DNA from: an uncultured Gammaproteobacteria bacterium
GTDB lineage: Bacteria; Pseudomonadota; Gammaproteobacteria; Eutrophobiales; Eutrophobiaceae
NCBI GenBank assembly: GCA_951812995.1
Contig: CATOTD010000002.1
Span: 67,468-131,467 of the forward strand
Direction: 5' to 3'
DNA length: 64,000 bases
Shown: piece by piece, positions 21,086 to 30,432 of the stretch
Layout: every line of letters begins with the position of its first letter
Position numbering within the stretch: position 1 is the first letter of the stretch
The notes under the pieces: model-generated
Database searches by the model: none
The model's input: only the letters and a program-made list of their open reading frames with translations
What the model was told of the DNA's origin: nothing
Program-made: the position numbers and the translations under genes

Positions 21086-21799
21086 ATGAGCACGGGCGTA
21101 GTAAGCCACCATATTTCAAAACAGTTCGATGATGAATTAGAGCGTATTCGCACCACGGTATTTGCCATGGGTGGGTTGGTTGAGCAACAGCTCAATAACG
21201 CGCTTAAATCACTTATCGATGGTGATATAGATCTTGGCAATACAGTTATTGAAACGGAAGTCCAGGTTAATTCCTATGATGTATCGATTGATCAGGAGTG
21301 TATAAGAATTCTGGCGAGACGCCAGCCTGCGGCCGGTGATCTGAGATTGGTTATGGCGATAACGAAAACGATTACAGATTTAGAACGTGTCGGTGATGAG
21401 GCAGAAAAGATCGCGATGATGGGTATTGGATTAACAGATAAACATGGACTCAAGTCGTATCATGTTGGCATCAATGCAATGGGTAATCTCGTGAGCCAGT
21501 TGTTGCATGGGGCATTAGATGCGTTTGCACGCATGGATTCTAAAAAAGCAGTAGAAGTTGCCGGCAAAGAAGCAGAATCGGATGATCAGTATGGTGCAAT
21601 ACTCCGACAACTCATCACTTATATGATGGAGGATCCACGCAATATCAGTGGTGCGCTCGATGCCGTCTGGGTCGCGCGCGCATTGGAGCGTATTGGTGAT
21701 CACTCACGTAATATTTGTGAGAACATTATTTACCTGGTGGAAGGCGAAGACGTGCGACATAGCAGTATTAAGCACATGGAACAGATTGTTGCAGATTAA
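21086..21799 (+). CDS. phoU: phosphate signalling complex protein PhoU
   Basis: 237 aa with two PhoU repeats (E..LE.IGD motifs) directly after pstB. Confidence 0.9.
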   Translation: MSTGVVSHHISKQFDDELERIRTTVFAMGGLVEQQLNNALKSLIDGDIDLGNTVIETEVQVNSYDVSIDQECIRILARRQPAAGDLRLVMAITKTITDLERVGDEAEKIAMMGIGLTDKHGLKSYHVGINAMGNLVSQLLHGALDAFARMDSKKAVEVAGKEAESDDQYGAILRQLITYMMEDPRNISGALDAVWVARALERIGDHSRNICENIIYLVEGEDVRHSSIKHMEQIVAD

Positions 21800-21942
21800 C
21801 CCGTATGTTCCTCAAGTGTCGTTCTTATTGGGGAAAAATCACAAAATTGTAATAAATAATCAACCGCTTCTTTCTTGATCGATGTCGCCCAAAACGGAGC
21901 GGCGGGCACCAAAAACGCACAAAAGTCCATAGGCATCGCTTT

Positions 21943-21971
21943 CCCGTCTGCAGACGGGTTGAGATTTTTGT
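21943..21971 (+). terminator. candidate rho-independent terminator after the pst-phoU operon
   Basis: Perfect palindrome CCCGTCTG/CAGACGGG followed by a T-rich stretch (TTGAGATTTTTG). Confidence 0.4.
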
Positions 21972-22092
21972 ACAAAAACCTTATTTGAATATTCTCCCGG
22001 CAATGGTTCAATTTTCAGCCACGATGCGGGATTTCTGGCCGTTATCGGGACTTTTTTCGTTTTTCAGACTTAAGAAAAAAGGCTTCCAGCTT

Positions 22093-23443
22093 TCGCACTT
22101 TCTGATTTAGCTTTCCCTTAAATCTGTTTGTTACGCTACCTGAAAATCCTTTTCTTTATCCATCTCTTGGAGCAAATCCATGTTCAGATATGTCCGCGTT
22201 CCCCACTAGCTCCCCGCGATGTGTCTAAGCCTTGCCGCACAAAGCATCAACGCCGAGTTGCCATCCGGGAATGCTCCCACTACTCAAGTTCGCCGCCTGA
22301 TTTCTCGAATGATCCGCTCCAAAGGATTGTTAGTCCGAATGCAAATCCAGTGCTCTGCCAGAAACCGATAATACGTCAGGGTCTCTGCCATGCACTGGTC
22401 CAGCCAATCCGCTACACTCGATAACTTCATGTCCCTGAGCTTCTTCTCGACCTCCGTGGCCTTATGCCTGACTGATTCCATATATTCAGATGCATGGATA
22501 GCCTGCAACATGCGAGAGACTTCTTTGACACGACCACGAGACACATGACTGAAGACGTTGCGGTAGCAGTGCACAATACAACGCTGCCAGCCAGCTTCGG
22601 GTAGAAGTCACCTATTGACTCCTTGAGCCCAAGACAGGCATCACTGAGCACCAACCTGATGCCCTTGAGACCGCGTGCCTTTAAATGACGCAGGAATCCT
22701 GACCATCCCACCTTATCCTCCTTAGTACCTTCAACAATCCCTGGAATGCGGCGGTAGCCATCGTCCCCAACACCTATGGCGACTAGAACAGAAACGTTCT
22801 TCACTGCACCGCCCCAACTGCGTTTGAGCACAACACCGTCCAGGTATACATAAGGGAAATCACTCCCTATGGGGCGATTACGCCACTCTTCAATCTGCCC
22901 ATAGATACGCTGGTTGAGCTTTGAAATAGTCCCTAAGCTAACACGGGTACCCCACAATGCTGCGGTAATGTCTTCTACACGTTGTACTGAAACACCTGCC
23001 AGATACATCTCAATCAGTGCCTCTTCGACAGACGCTACACGGTGTCGATAGCGCTCTATGATGGCCATCTCAAAGGTCTGCTTGCGTAGCTTCGGCATCT
23101 TTAACTCAAGCTCTCCAGCCCTTGTGTGGCACTTCCTGGTGTAGCTATCAGACCGGTCGTCTTTGCGCGTCTCAGTGCGTGCATATCGATCAGCACCCAC
23201 CAGCGCATCAACCTCAGCATGAAGCATCTGGTTGCGGGTGTCTTCCACAGTCTTCAGTACCACTTTGTTGAGATGGCCCTGCAGTGCCTGTTCATCAATA
23301 GGGACTACGTTGTTCAAGTGCTTGCTTGTATCATCGCTCATGGCGACTCTTCTCCTAGTCAAATAAATGGTTATGTCACTTTTTATTTAACCAGATAAAG
23401 GGGAACCGCCTCTTCAAATTTGCGAAAGATAATTTATGTTATC
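22093..23443 (-). mobile_element. IS256-family element, lineage 1, copy A: transposase pseudogene (1-nt deletion plus in-frame TGA), right end truncated
   Basis: ORF pieces 23362..22427, 22574..22284 and the tail beyond carry IS256/mutator motifs (AL.GADRYARTETRKD, YLDGVVLKR, NNPLERIIREIRRRT). The left end starts GATAACATAAATTATCTTTCGC, like IS256 IRs; the terminal ~17 bp of the right IR seen in copies B and C is missing and there is no target-site duplication. Confidence 0.8.
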
Positions 23444-23772
23444 GTGTGTTGAATCATCTAACTCAATAATACAAATTACTTTTGTTGCAGTATCCGTGAT
23501 AACAAAGTCCATACGTTTAGACCATGCTTTATATTTATATTCACATGGTTCAACCAATGCGATTAACGAAGTTTGGCAGTGAATTAAATATTTATCATTC
23601 AATGCCTTTCGTAGAGCATAGAATAACTTTCTTTCATTCTCAGTAGTTAAATACTCATTTTTTCTGTGGTCGATTTTTATTTCTTTAGAAGCAATTACTT
23701 TTTTTTAGGCTGTAATTTTATAAAGAAAAACATGACTAGCGTAATCAAACCGATTAAGAGAATTATTTCCAT
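23444..23772 (-). pseudogene. DUF2726-like gene (N-terminal TM segment plus domain ending ..VICIIELDDSTH), frameshifted and cut by IS256 copy A
   Basis: A small TM ORF (MEIILLIGLITLVMFFFIKLQPKKK, 23772..23695) overlaps out of frame with an open frame reading ...KLFYALRKALNDKYLIHCQTSLIALVEPCEYKYKAWSKRMDFVITDTATKVICIIELDDSTH, which runs directly into the IS end. A possible continuation (..SEKRKKSRD..) lies beyond the IS near 22030..22090. Confidence 0.45.
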
Positions 23773-24066
23773 TAGTACTCCTTATACTCATAACGCTTAG
23801 CATCCAGCGGTCCATCGAAGACCCGCGGAGCGGGCTTTGGGCGATCCGACTGCATACGCTTGTTATAAGCCATTCTGCAACTTAGTTGTGCGAGAATCTA
23901 AAATAATCGCTATGCACCCGTTGAATCAAATTAATTGGGAATTATATACTTTACTCCAACTTCACTACAAAATACAAACACAATGATTTGTTAGTTTTTT
24001 CAAGTAACAAGCTCACCATGCTCACCTGTTACCTTATGCAATTTTTCAATTGCACTCCATTTTGGG

Positions 24067-24369
24067 TTAAACCATCTTTTCTTGTCTTTCGTTTGCACGC
24101 AACGACAATAAAAAGGTTTTTATCGGTTTTTTATCTTTGTTGAATACTGCAATATCAAGCGGATACTCTTTTTTGGTATCAGATGGCCTTACTTTTACAC
24201 GCCACTGTGGTCGTGTTTGTAATTGTTCTTTGGGGTATCCGTAATCTTCGACAAGTGTTTCGGAAAAGACTTGTACTGCTTCTACTTCTTCTGGCGTAGC
24301 TTTTACTTCTTCACCACTTATATAGTCTTTGATGTAACCTTCTCTCATTATCGTCCTGTATATCCGCAT
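24067..24369 (-). CDS. IS-borne passenger ORF, ~100 aa, resembling the N-terminal part of HsdR-N / PD-(D/E)xK nuclease-type proteins
   Basis: Conserved in both IS1595 copies between the transposase and the right IR, differing only by an in-frame 6-nt indel (PEEVEAVQ vs PAEAVQ). The GYPKEQLQTRP..YPLDIAVFNKDKKPIKTFLL segment is reminiscent of the HsdR N-terminal domain; similarity not verified. Confidence 0.5.
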   Translation of the reverse strand: MRIYRTIMREGYIKDYISGEEVKATPEEVEAVQVFSETLVEDYGYPKEQLQTRPQWRVKVRPSDTKKEYPLDIAVFNKDKKPIKTFLLSLRANERQEKMV

Positions 24370-24388
24370 TCTATTTCCATTGCTTTGC

Positions 24389-25312
24389 TCATGCTAGCAC
24401 CTCGCGATAGGTAATCCGTTTACCTATCGCGTTGCTTATAAGTGATTCTATACGTTGATTGGTTGGTAACTTACATGGTCCGTTATTCAGTCTAAAAGTC
24501 ACTTCGTTCACATAGCGATGTAAGTGTTTAGTGCTGGCATGAGGCCATACCCCATACAGACCGCGTTTGAGTAAAGCCCAGACACTTTCAATGCTATTGG
24601 TATGAATGTTGTTTGAACCCACATATTCTCCCGCACTATGGGTTACCGTACCATGCTGATAAGCAGACTGTAAATGCTGATATGACCTGTGTTCATCTGT
24701 GTAAATGGTGGCACCATATTCCACTGAACAGCCAATCTCTTTGTGTAGGGTCGGTATATCAGTTGATGGGATAGGCTTAGCCCTTGTGCGGCCACCGCGC
24801 TCACGCATTCCGACCACTACCTGCTTGCCAGCTACGCCACGGCCTGCGCGGGCTTTCTTGTGTTTGTTATGTTCCTTCCCACCGATATAGGTCTCATCAA
24901 TCTCAACAATGCCAGAAAGTAAATTATCTGTATTATCGTTACAGGTTTCACGAATGCGGGCCTGCATAAACCAGGCGGTCTTTTGAGTTACTCCGATTTG
25001 TTTAGATAACTGCAAGCTAGATATGCCCTTGCGCGAGGTGACAGTTAAGTAAATAGCATACAGCCATTTATGTAGTGGTACATGAGAACGTTCAAAGATA
25101 GTGCCGGTTCTCACTGTAAACTCACTCTTGCAGTCCCGGCATAAGTAATATCCTGTCCGCTTTCCTTTGCGCGGGGTAATACGCTTAAATCCCCCACAAT
25201 GAGGACAGGATATGTAATCTCCCCAGCGTTGTCCCTCAAAATACAATCTAGCGGCTTCAGCATCCGGAAACTGGCGAAATAACTCAAATGTGGATATGGT
25301 ATTGTCTTTCAT
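24389..25312 (-). CDS. IS1595-family transposase (N-terminal zinc-ribbon plus DDE domain)
   Basis: 307 aa with CPHCGG..C..C zinc ribbon, KWLYAIYL and DETYIGG motifs typical of IS1595/ISXO2-like transposases. About 99% identical to the copy at 31607..32536. Confidence 0.85.
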   Translation of the reverse strand: MKDNTISTFELFRQFPDAEAARLYFEGQRWGDYISCPHCGGFKRITPRKGKRTGYYLCRDCKSEFTVRTGTIFERSHVPLHKWLYAIYLTVTSRKGISSLQLSKQIGVTQKTAWFMQARIRETCNDNTDNLLSGIVEIDETYIGGKEHNKHKKARAGRGVAGKQVVVGMRERGGRTRAKPIPSTDIPTLHKEIGCSVEYGATIYTDEHRSYQHLQSAYQHGTVTHSAGEYVGSNNIHTNSIESVWALLKRGLYGVWPHASTKHLHRYVNEVTFRLNNGPCKLPTNQRIESLISNAIGKRITYREVLA

Positions 25313-25397
25313 TGATGACCCTCCGTTTTATTGCATTTTTATGTTAGATTATATGGGTTATTTATTGGAGTCAAGTATATAATTCCCAATTAATTCC

Positions 25398-25694
25398 CTA
25401 TGCCATTGTTCTGAACCAGTCCTTAACTGTGAGATTTAGTCTATCAATTTCATCTTCTGTGATAGGGCAGCAATGTGCAATTGGGCCTCGAAGTAGGTTT
25501 AAACTACTCATTACCCGTTCGACTGCCCTGCGGCTATTGAAGATAGTGCCAAATACGTCCCAGCTGTCAATAATTATCACGGAAAGTTCGCCAAAGGTCG
25601 TATAGTCAATTTCGTTATCTGATCGTCGCGTAATGCCACTATCAAGTTCCCTTTGAGTTCGGTTTGCCACATCATTTCGTATTTTCTCTGGCAC
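25398..25694 (-). CDS. small HEPN-like protein (R-x4-6-H motif LRGPIAH)
   Basis: 98-aa ORF ending 2 bp before the IS1595 target duplication. Contains an ..NLLRGPIAHCC.. segment matching the HEPN Rx4-6H signature. 5' context is disturbed by an IS903-like element. Confidence 0.35.
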   Translation of the reverse strand: MPEKIRNDVANRTQRELDSGITRRSDNEIDYTTFGELSVIIIDSWDVFGTIFNSRRAVERVMSSLNLLRGPIAHCCPITEDEIDRLNLTVKDWFRTMA

Positions 25695-25902
25695 TCGATC
25701 TGAAGACCACCAATTTCCGCCTTCGGCATCAGTAAGTGTCTCTGAAATGAGTTTTCTAATCGAAGTTTCTAAGCAATAAAAAAATTCATAGTGTTAATGG
25801 AACCTCTATTAATGCAATCACTTTCCAGTTTATTGGCTCAGAGAGGTTAAAAATAACCAATTTGATCCAAAAAGCCGGTAGTCTCCGTACAGCCCTGTTC
25901 TC

Positions 25903-26900
25903 GGCTTTACTTCGTTTTCAAGACGCACTGACCCGTGCCAGAAAGCATAAACGCCTCATGTTGTACCTTAGATTCATCAAGCCGATATGCATGTTTGTGC
26001 GCGTAATGCCAATGCAAGGAACCGCTTTGCGGTGTAAATTGCGCTGTGCTCCAAACACAGGTTCGACCCGACTACGAACTTTGGAGCGCGTGCGCTTACC
26101 TTGCGCCTTGAGAAACGCTACTTTTTCCTCTGACCGATAGGCACTGTCAGCCCAGACATCTTTACTGGTATTGCTGTCATCTGGCAGGTCGGCAAAAACC
26201 TGCGCATCATGGACGCTGGCATCAGTGACCTGATAGTCACGAATCAACTTGTTGTCATGGTCTATCTGTATGTGGTTCTTGTAAGCAAAATGGCTACGGC
26301 TATGTTTCTTCGTCCAGCGGGCCGGGACAGTGCCTGCCTTAATCCGGGCATTGTATTCCCGAAGGTTACGCGGCAACAGTGCCGGAATGATCGAGGAGGC
26401 AACTATCTGACCCTTGCGAGTGATATAAGCCGCCTGGTTCAACGACAACTGCTCAAACAACGATGCCATCAGACCCAGCGCCGCTAACCGATGCTTGAAT
26501 GCCCAGCAGGTTTTGGTATCAGCGACTCGTTGCTGCCTAGCAAGACCCAGAAACTGCTGAAAACTGCAACGGTCTTCGATTTGGTATTCCAACTGAGCAT
26601 CGCTAAGACCATACAGATTTTGCACAAGCAGTCCCTTGAACATCATCACTACGTTTGTTGGGCGTTGCCCGCCTGACGCTTACGTTGTTTCTCATGAACC
26701 TTGTTCAACAACGACCGAAAAGATCCCCAGTCAACCGTCTTTTCCAGTTCAGGCAGAGGATTACCCAACTGTTTGAGACGATAGTCTTGAAGATTAAACA
26801 GAGAACCGAAAATGTCATTGCTCATGGAAGTTTCTTTGTCAGTTTGGAAACTTCAACATTGTACCAAATAACGTCATTAATAGAGATGCCTTAAAGTTTC
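25903..26900 (-). mobile_element. IS903-like (IS5-family) element, transposase pseudogene with a 1-nt frameshift
   Basis: ORF 26649..25918 has an IS903-group DDE core (KTCWAFKHRL..., DSAYRSEEKVAFLKAQG). The N-terminal MSNDIFGSLFNLQDYRLKQLGNPLPELEKTVDWGSFRSLLNKVHEKQRKRQAG... reads in another frame from about 26828. The low-coordinate end begins GGCTTTAC.., like the IS903 IR. Confidence 0.6.
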
Positions 26901-26993
26901 ACGTTTAACATTGGGAATTACTTTAGTCATTATCTTGCCGCCGCGCTCAACCATTCCGAGAATACCGGTTTTCTTAGATCTTATGTCAGTTGG

Positions 26994-27392
26994 TCAACCG
27001 CGCACATTGTCCTTGTCGCATCCATGGGCTTCGTTGACCTCTACATGGCCGGATAGTTCGTCATCACCGTCTATTTTACCCATGTACTTGCGAATTTCGT
27101 GCCCCATACGCCATGCAGTCTTGTAAGTGACAGAGAGTTGGTGCTGTAGCTCCTTAGCTGGCACACCATGACGAGAAGAGGTGAATAGGTAGATCGCGTA
27201 AAACCACTTCTGTAATGGTGTAGAAGACCCCGCAAACGGAGTAACGGCCATAGGGCTGATCTGGCGGTCGCAATACTGACAGGAGAACACAGGGCGCTTG
27301 GCAACTCTGTGAAACTTAGAATTCTTCTTGCACTTCGGACACTCTAGATCTTTGCCATAGCGAACATTGTGAGTCAAGGGAATAATGCCCAC
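26994..27392 (-). pseudogene. N-terminal fragment (~130 aa) of a third, divergent IS1595-family transposase
   Basis: Zinc-ribbon C.KC..(n)..CQYC, then WFYAIYLFTSSRHGVPAKEL and VEVNEAH (cf. DETYIGG), but no downstream DDE core. Confidence 0.6.
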
Positions 27393-27433
27393 GAAAATTA
27401 GTTCAATCAGGGGTGCTTAATGATTAATGAACA

Positions 27434-28592
27434 TCTGATTAATTCCATAATATGCGATAATACCGCAATGTTTTAAGTGGAGGGTCAAAAGATGCAACAA
27501 AAAAGCCTGGCAGTATCTGGATTCGAGAAATACCGCAAGCAGACACGCAAAGAGATATTTCTCGAAGAGATGAATCAGCTCATTCCCTGGCAAGCGCTGA
27601 CTGCAGTAATTGAGCCTCATTACCCCAACCCCCGGGGTGCTGGTCGCCGTCCGGTGGGCATGGAACGCATGCTGAGAATCTACTTCCTGCAACACGGGTT
27701 TGCCTTATCTGATCCTGCCACAGAAGCGGCTTTATATGACACACCTGCCATGCGGTGCTTTGCCCAGATAGACTTAGGTCAGGAACCCGTGCCAGATGCA
27801 AGCACCCGCTGTCAATGCCGTCATCTACTGGAGGAGAACAACCTCGGAGTTGCCCTGTTTGATGCTGTTGCCGTCTATCTGGAAGCAAACGGCATGCAAA
27901 GTATCCAAAGGCACTATTGTTGATGCGACCCTCATCAATGCGCCTACCGCCACCAAGAACAAAAGCAAAACCCGTGACCTTGATAGGCATCAGACCAAAA
28001 AAGGCAAGCAATGGTACTTTGGCATGAAGGCGCACATCGGTGTGGATAGCAAAACCAAACTGATACACTCGGTTGTTGCCACACCAGCCCATGTCCACGA
28101 CTCACAGGTACTTGGAGACCTACTGCATGGAGAAGAGACCCGTCTTTGGGGAGATAGTGCCTATGCGGGTCAGCAATCCGTACTCAAGGATAATGACCCC
28201 AAGGTAAAAGACTACACCCAGGTCAAAGGCTCACGTCACCGCAAACTGACCGAACAGGACAAGGCTAAAAACCGGCACAAATCCAAAGTCCGTGCCAAGG
28301 TTGAGCATGTCTTTCATATCATGCAGCGACAATATGGATTTACCAAAGTCAGATTCAAAGGGCCAGGCAAGAATGCGAACCACCTGTTTGCCCACTGTGC
28401 CCTGATTAATCTTATGCTATCAAAGAAACAATTATTACGGCTATCAGTGGCTTAGTACGCCTGGAATAGGGGCGATAGCTGAAAACCAGTAGGCCGGGAC
28501 AAGAGAAATGAAAGAGAGTAATGAGCAAGACGTTCAATGCTCGCTACTATCGAGCACAGTGATGCCCACTTGCTTGAAAATCCTTAATTAAT
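27434..28592 (+). mobile_element. IS5-type element copy 1 (IS5 group), transposase split by a frameshift
   Basis: ORFs 27477..27923 and 27796..28455 together match E. coli IS5 transposase (RKEIFLEEMNQLIPWQAL..., DATLINAPTATKNK, HQTKKGKQWYFGMKAHIGVD). Both ends are shared with the second copy at 40597..41742. Confidence 0.8.
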
Positions 28593-28630
28593 TAGATGTT
28601 CCTTAAATTGTATTCTGGTGTTATAATAGT

Positions 28631-29407
28631 TTGGGTGAGAAAATGGAACAAATAAAACTAAAAAGTTGTGCTGAGGAATGTGTAAATAAAATTATGGAAG
28701 GTGATTTTTTTGCCATGCCATATAAACACCTTGTTGTTGATAATTTTTTACCTGTTGATTTAGCGAAGAAGTGTACGGAAAGTTTTCCAAGTTTAGATGA
28801 TCCAGTGTGGGAGCATGAATCTGACTTTGATGTAGAAGTAAAATCGAGGACAATGTGGAGATCAGAGTTTGATATTCCATCAAATATTGTTGATGCGGTA
28901 AGAATATTAAATTCATCTCTAGTTTTATATGCTCTTTCAGAAATGTTCAGTATTCCTAAACTTGTTCCTGATCCTTATTTTACTGGCGGAGGTTTAAATG
29001 TCTCTAATAGAGGTGGTTTACTTGGCGTGCATGTTGACGGTAACTATCATGATGCAACAGGCTTAAATAGAAGAATGAATGCTTTGATATATTTAAACCC
29101 TAGATGGGAAGAAAGTTGGGGAGGAGAGTTTGGACTTTATAATAATGATGGAAGTGAAGTTGTAAAAAAAATAGCCCCTATTTTTAATAGATTGATTGTT
29201 TTTGACTCTCACGATTATAGCTTTCATGGACTTCCTGAGGCTATCAAGTGTCCTGAAGGGGAGCAGAGAAAATCTATAATACTGTATTACTATACTAAGG
29301 AAAATCGTCCCGCGACACAGGTAAGTATTAAAGAGCCTCACCGTGCTTTGTGGGTTAAAAGAAAGTTGAAAGACAAAAGTGGAAATATATGCCGTGAATT
29401 TGATTAG
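28631..29407 (+). CDS. 2OG-Fe(II) oxygenase superfamily protein
   Basis: 258 aa with an H-x-D...H arrangement (GVHVDGNYHD ... FHGLPE) in a low-GC glycan-biosynthesis context. Confidence 0.55.
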   Translation: MGEKMEQIKLKSCAEECVNKIMEGDFFAMPYKHLVVDNFLPVDLAKKCTESFPSLDDPVWEHESDFDVEVKSRTMWRSEFDIPSNIVDAVRILNSSLVLYALSEMFSIPKLVPDPYFTGGGLNVSNRGGLLGVHVDGNYHDATGLNRRMNALIYLNPRWEESWGGEFGLYNNDGSEVVKKIAPIFNRLIVFDSHDYSFHGLPEAIKCPEGEQRKSIILYYYTKENRPATQVSIKEPHRALWVKRKLKDKSGNICREFD

Positions 29408-29421
29408 ATGGAAAATTGTAG

Positions 29422-30432
29422 ATGTTTGAAAATAGAGTATTAATGATTACAGGTGGAACAGGTTCATTTGGTAATGCCGTATTAAATCGTTTCTTACCCA
29501 CCGGTGTAAGTGAGGTTCGTATTTTTAGTCGTGATGAAAAAAAACAAGAGGAAATGCGGCTCATTCATAATAATGACAAGCTACGATTTTACATAGGAGA
29601 TGTGCGTGATTTTGATAGCATCGCTCATGCTATGAAAGGGGTGGATTATGTATTTCATGCGGCCGCACTTAAGCAAGTACCTTCTTGTGAGTTTTATCCG
29701 ATGGAAGCTGTGCGCACTAATGTGATTGGTGCGGGAAACGTCATGTCGGCCGCAACTATGAATAGTGTGAAACGTGTTATTGTTTTAAGCACTGATAAAG
29801 CAGTATATCCAATTAATGCGATGGGCTTATCGAAAGCATTGATGGAGAAATTAATGATAGCTAAATCACGCTCACAAAATGAAGGAGAAACAATATTTTC
29901 TGCTACCAGGTATGGAAATGTAATGGCTTCTCGAGGGTCCGTAATTCCATTGTTTATTTCACAATTGAAACAAGGGGAACCCTTGACGATAACAGACCCA
30001 AACATGACGCGATTCTTAATGTCATTAGAAGATTCTGTAGATCTGGTATTACATGCTTTTAAGTATAGTCAACAAGGTGATATTTTTGTGCAAAAAGCGC
30101 CTGCGGCAACAGTTATGGATCTTGCTGAGGCTTTAAGAAATATATTTAACAAGGGGAATCCTATTAATATTATTGGCACTCGTCATGGTGAAAAACTTTA
30201 TGAATCATTAATTTCTAGAGAAGAAATCGAACGGGCAAATGAAAAGGATAAGTATTTTTGTATTCCTGCTGACTCCCGCGACTTAAATTACAATATGTAT
30301 TTTAGTAATGGAGAAGAAAGAATATCTCAATTAGAGGATTATACCTCCCACAACACACAAAGGTTGGATGTTAAAGAGATTGAAGCACTCCTTTTAAGTC
30401 TTGATTGCGTAAAAGAAGCGCTTGATGCTTAA
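29422..30432 (+). CDS. fnlA: UDP-N-acetylglucosamine 4,6-dehydratase/5-epimerase (CapE/FnlA/WbjB family)
   Basis: Very close to Cap5E/FnlA by recall (ITGGTGSFGNAVLKRFL, FYIGDVRD, AAALKQVPSCEF, STDKAVYPINAMGLSKA, RYGNVMASRGSVIPLF, TITDPNMTRF). Confidence 0.85.
   Translation: MFENRVLMITGGTGSFGNAVLNRFLPTGVSEVRIFSRDEKKQEEMRLIHNNDKLRFYIGDVRDFDSIAHAMKGVDYVFHAAALKQVPSCEFYPMEAVRTNVIGAGNVMSAATMNSVKRVIVLSTDKAVYPINAMGLSKALMEKLMIAKSRSQNEGETIFSATRYGNVMASRGSVIPLFISQLKQGEPLTITDPNMTRFLMSLEDSVDLVLHAFKYSQQGDIFVQKAPAATVMDLAEALRNIFNKGNPINIIGTRHGEKLYESLISREEIERANEKDKYFCIPADSRDLNYNMYFSNGEERISQLEDYTSHNTQRLDVKEIEALLLSLDCVKEALDA

Larger units (their letters stand above)
23938..25387 (-). mobile_element. IS1595-family element copy 1 (1450 bp), intact, flanked by 8-bp target duplication AATTAATT
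   Basis: Terminal inverted repeats GGGAATTATATACTT at 23938.. and its complement at ..25387. AATTAATT is present at 23930..23937 and 25388..25395. Carries a transposase plus a passenger ORF. Confidence 0.85.

Noticed and set aside
22128-22424. 98-aa plus-strand ORF (and equivalents 36465..36884, 60066..60362)
   Set aside because: Antisense to the C-terminal part of the IS256-family transposase in all three copies. It is conserved only because the IS is, and has no independent coding evidence.
22284-23362. Programmed ribosomal frameshift in the IS256-family transposase (as in IS3 elements)
   Set aside because: IS256-type transposases are single-ORF. Copy B has a different lesion (TAA, frame intact) at the same spot and no slippery heptamer is present, so the breaks are mutational.
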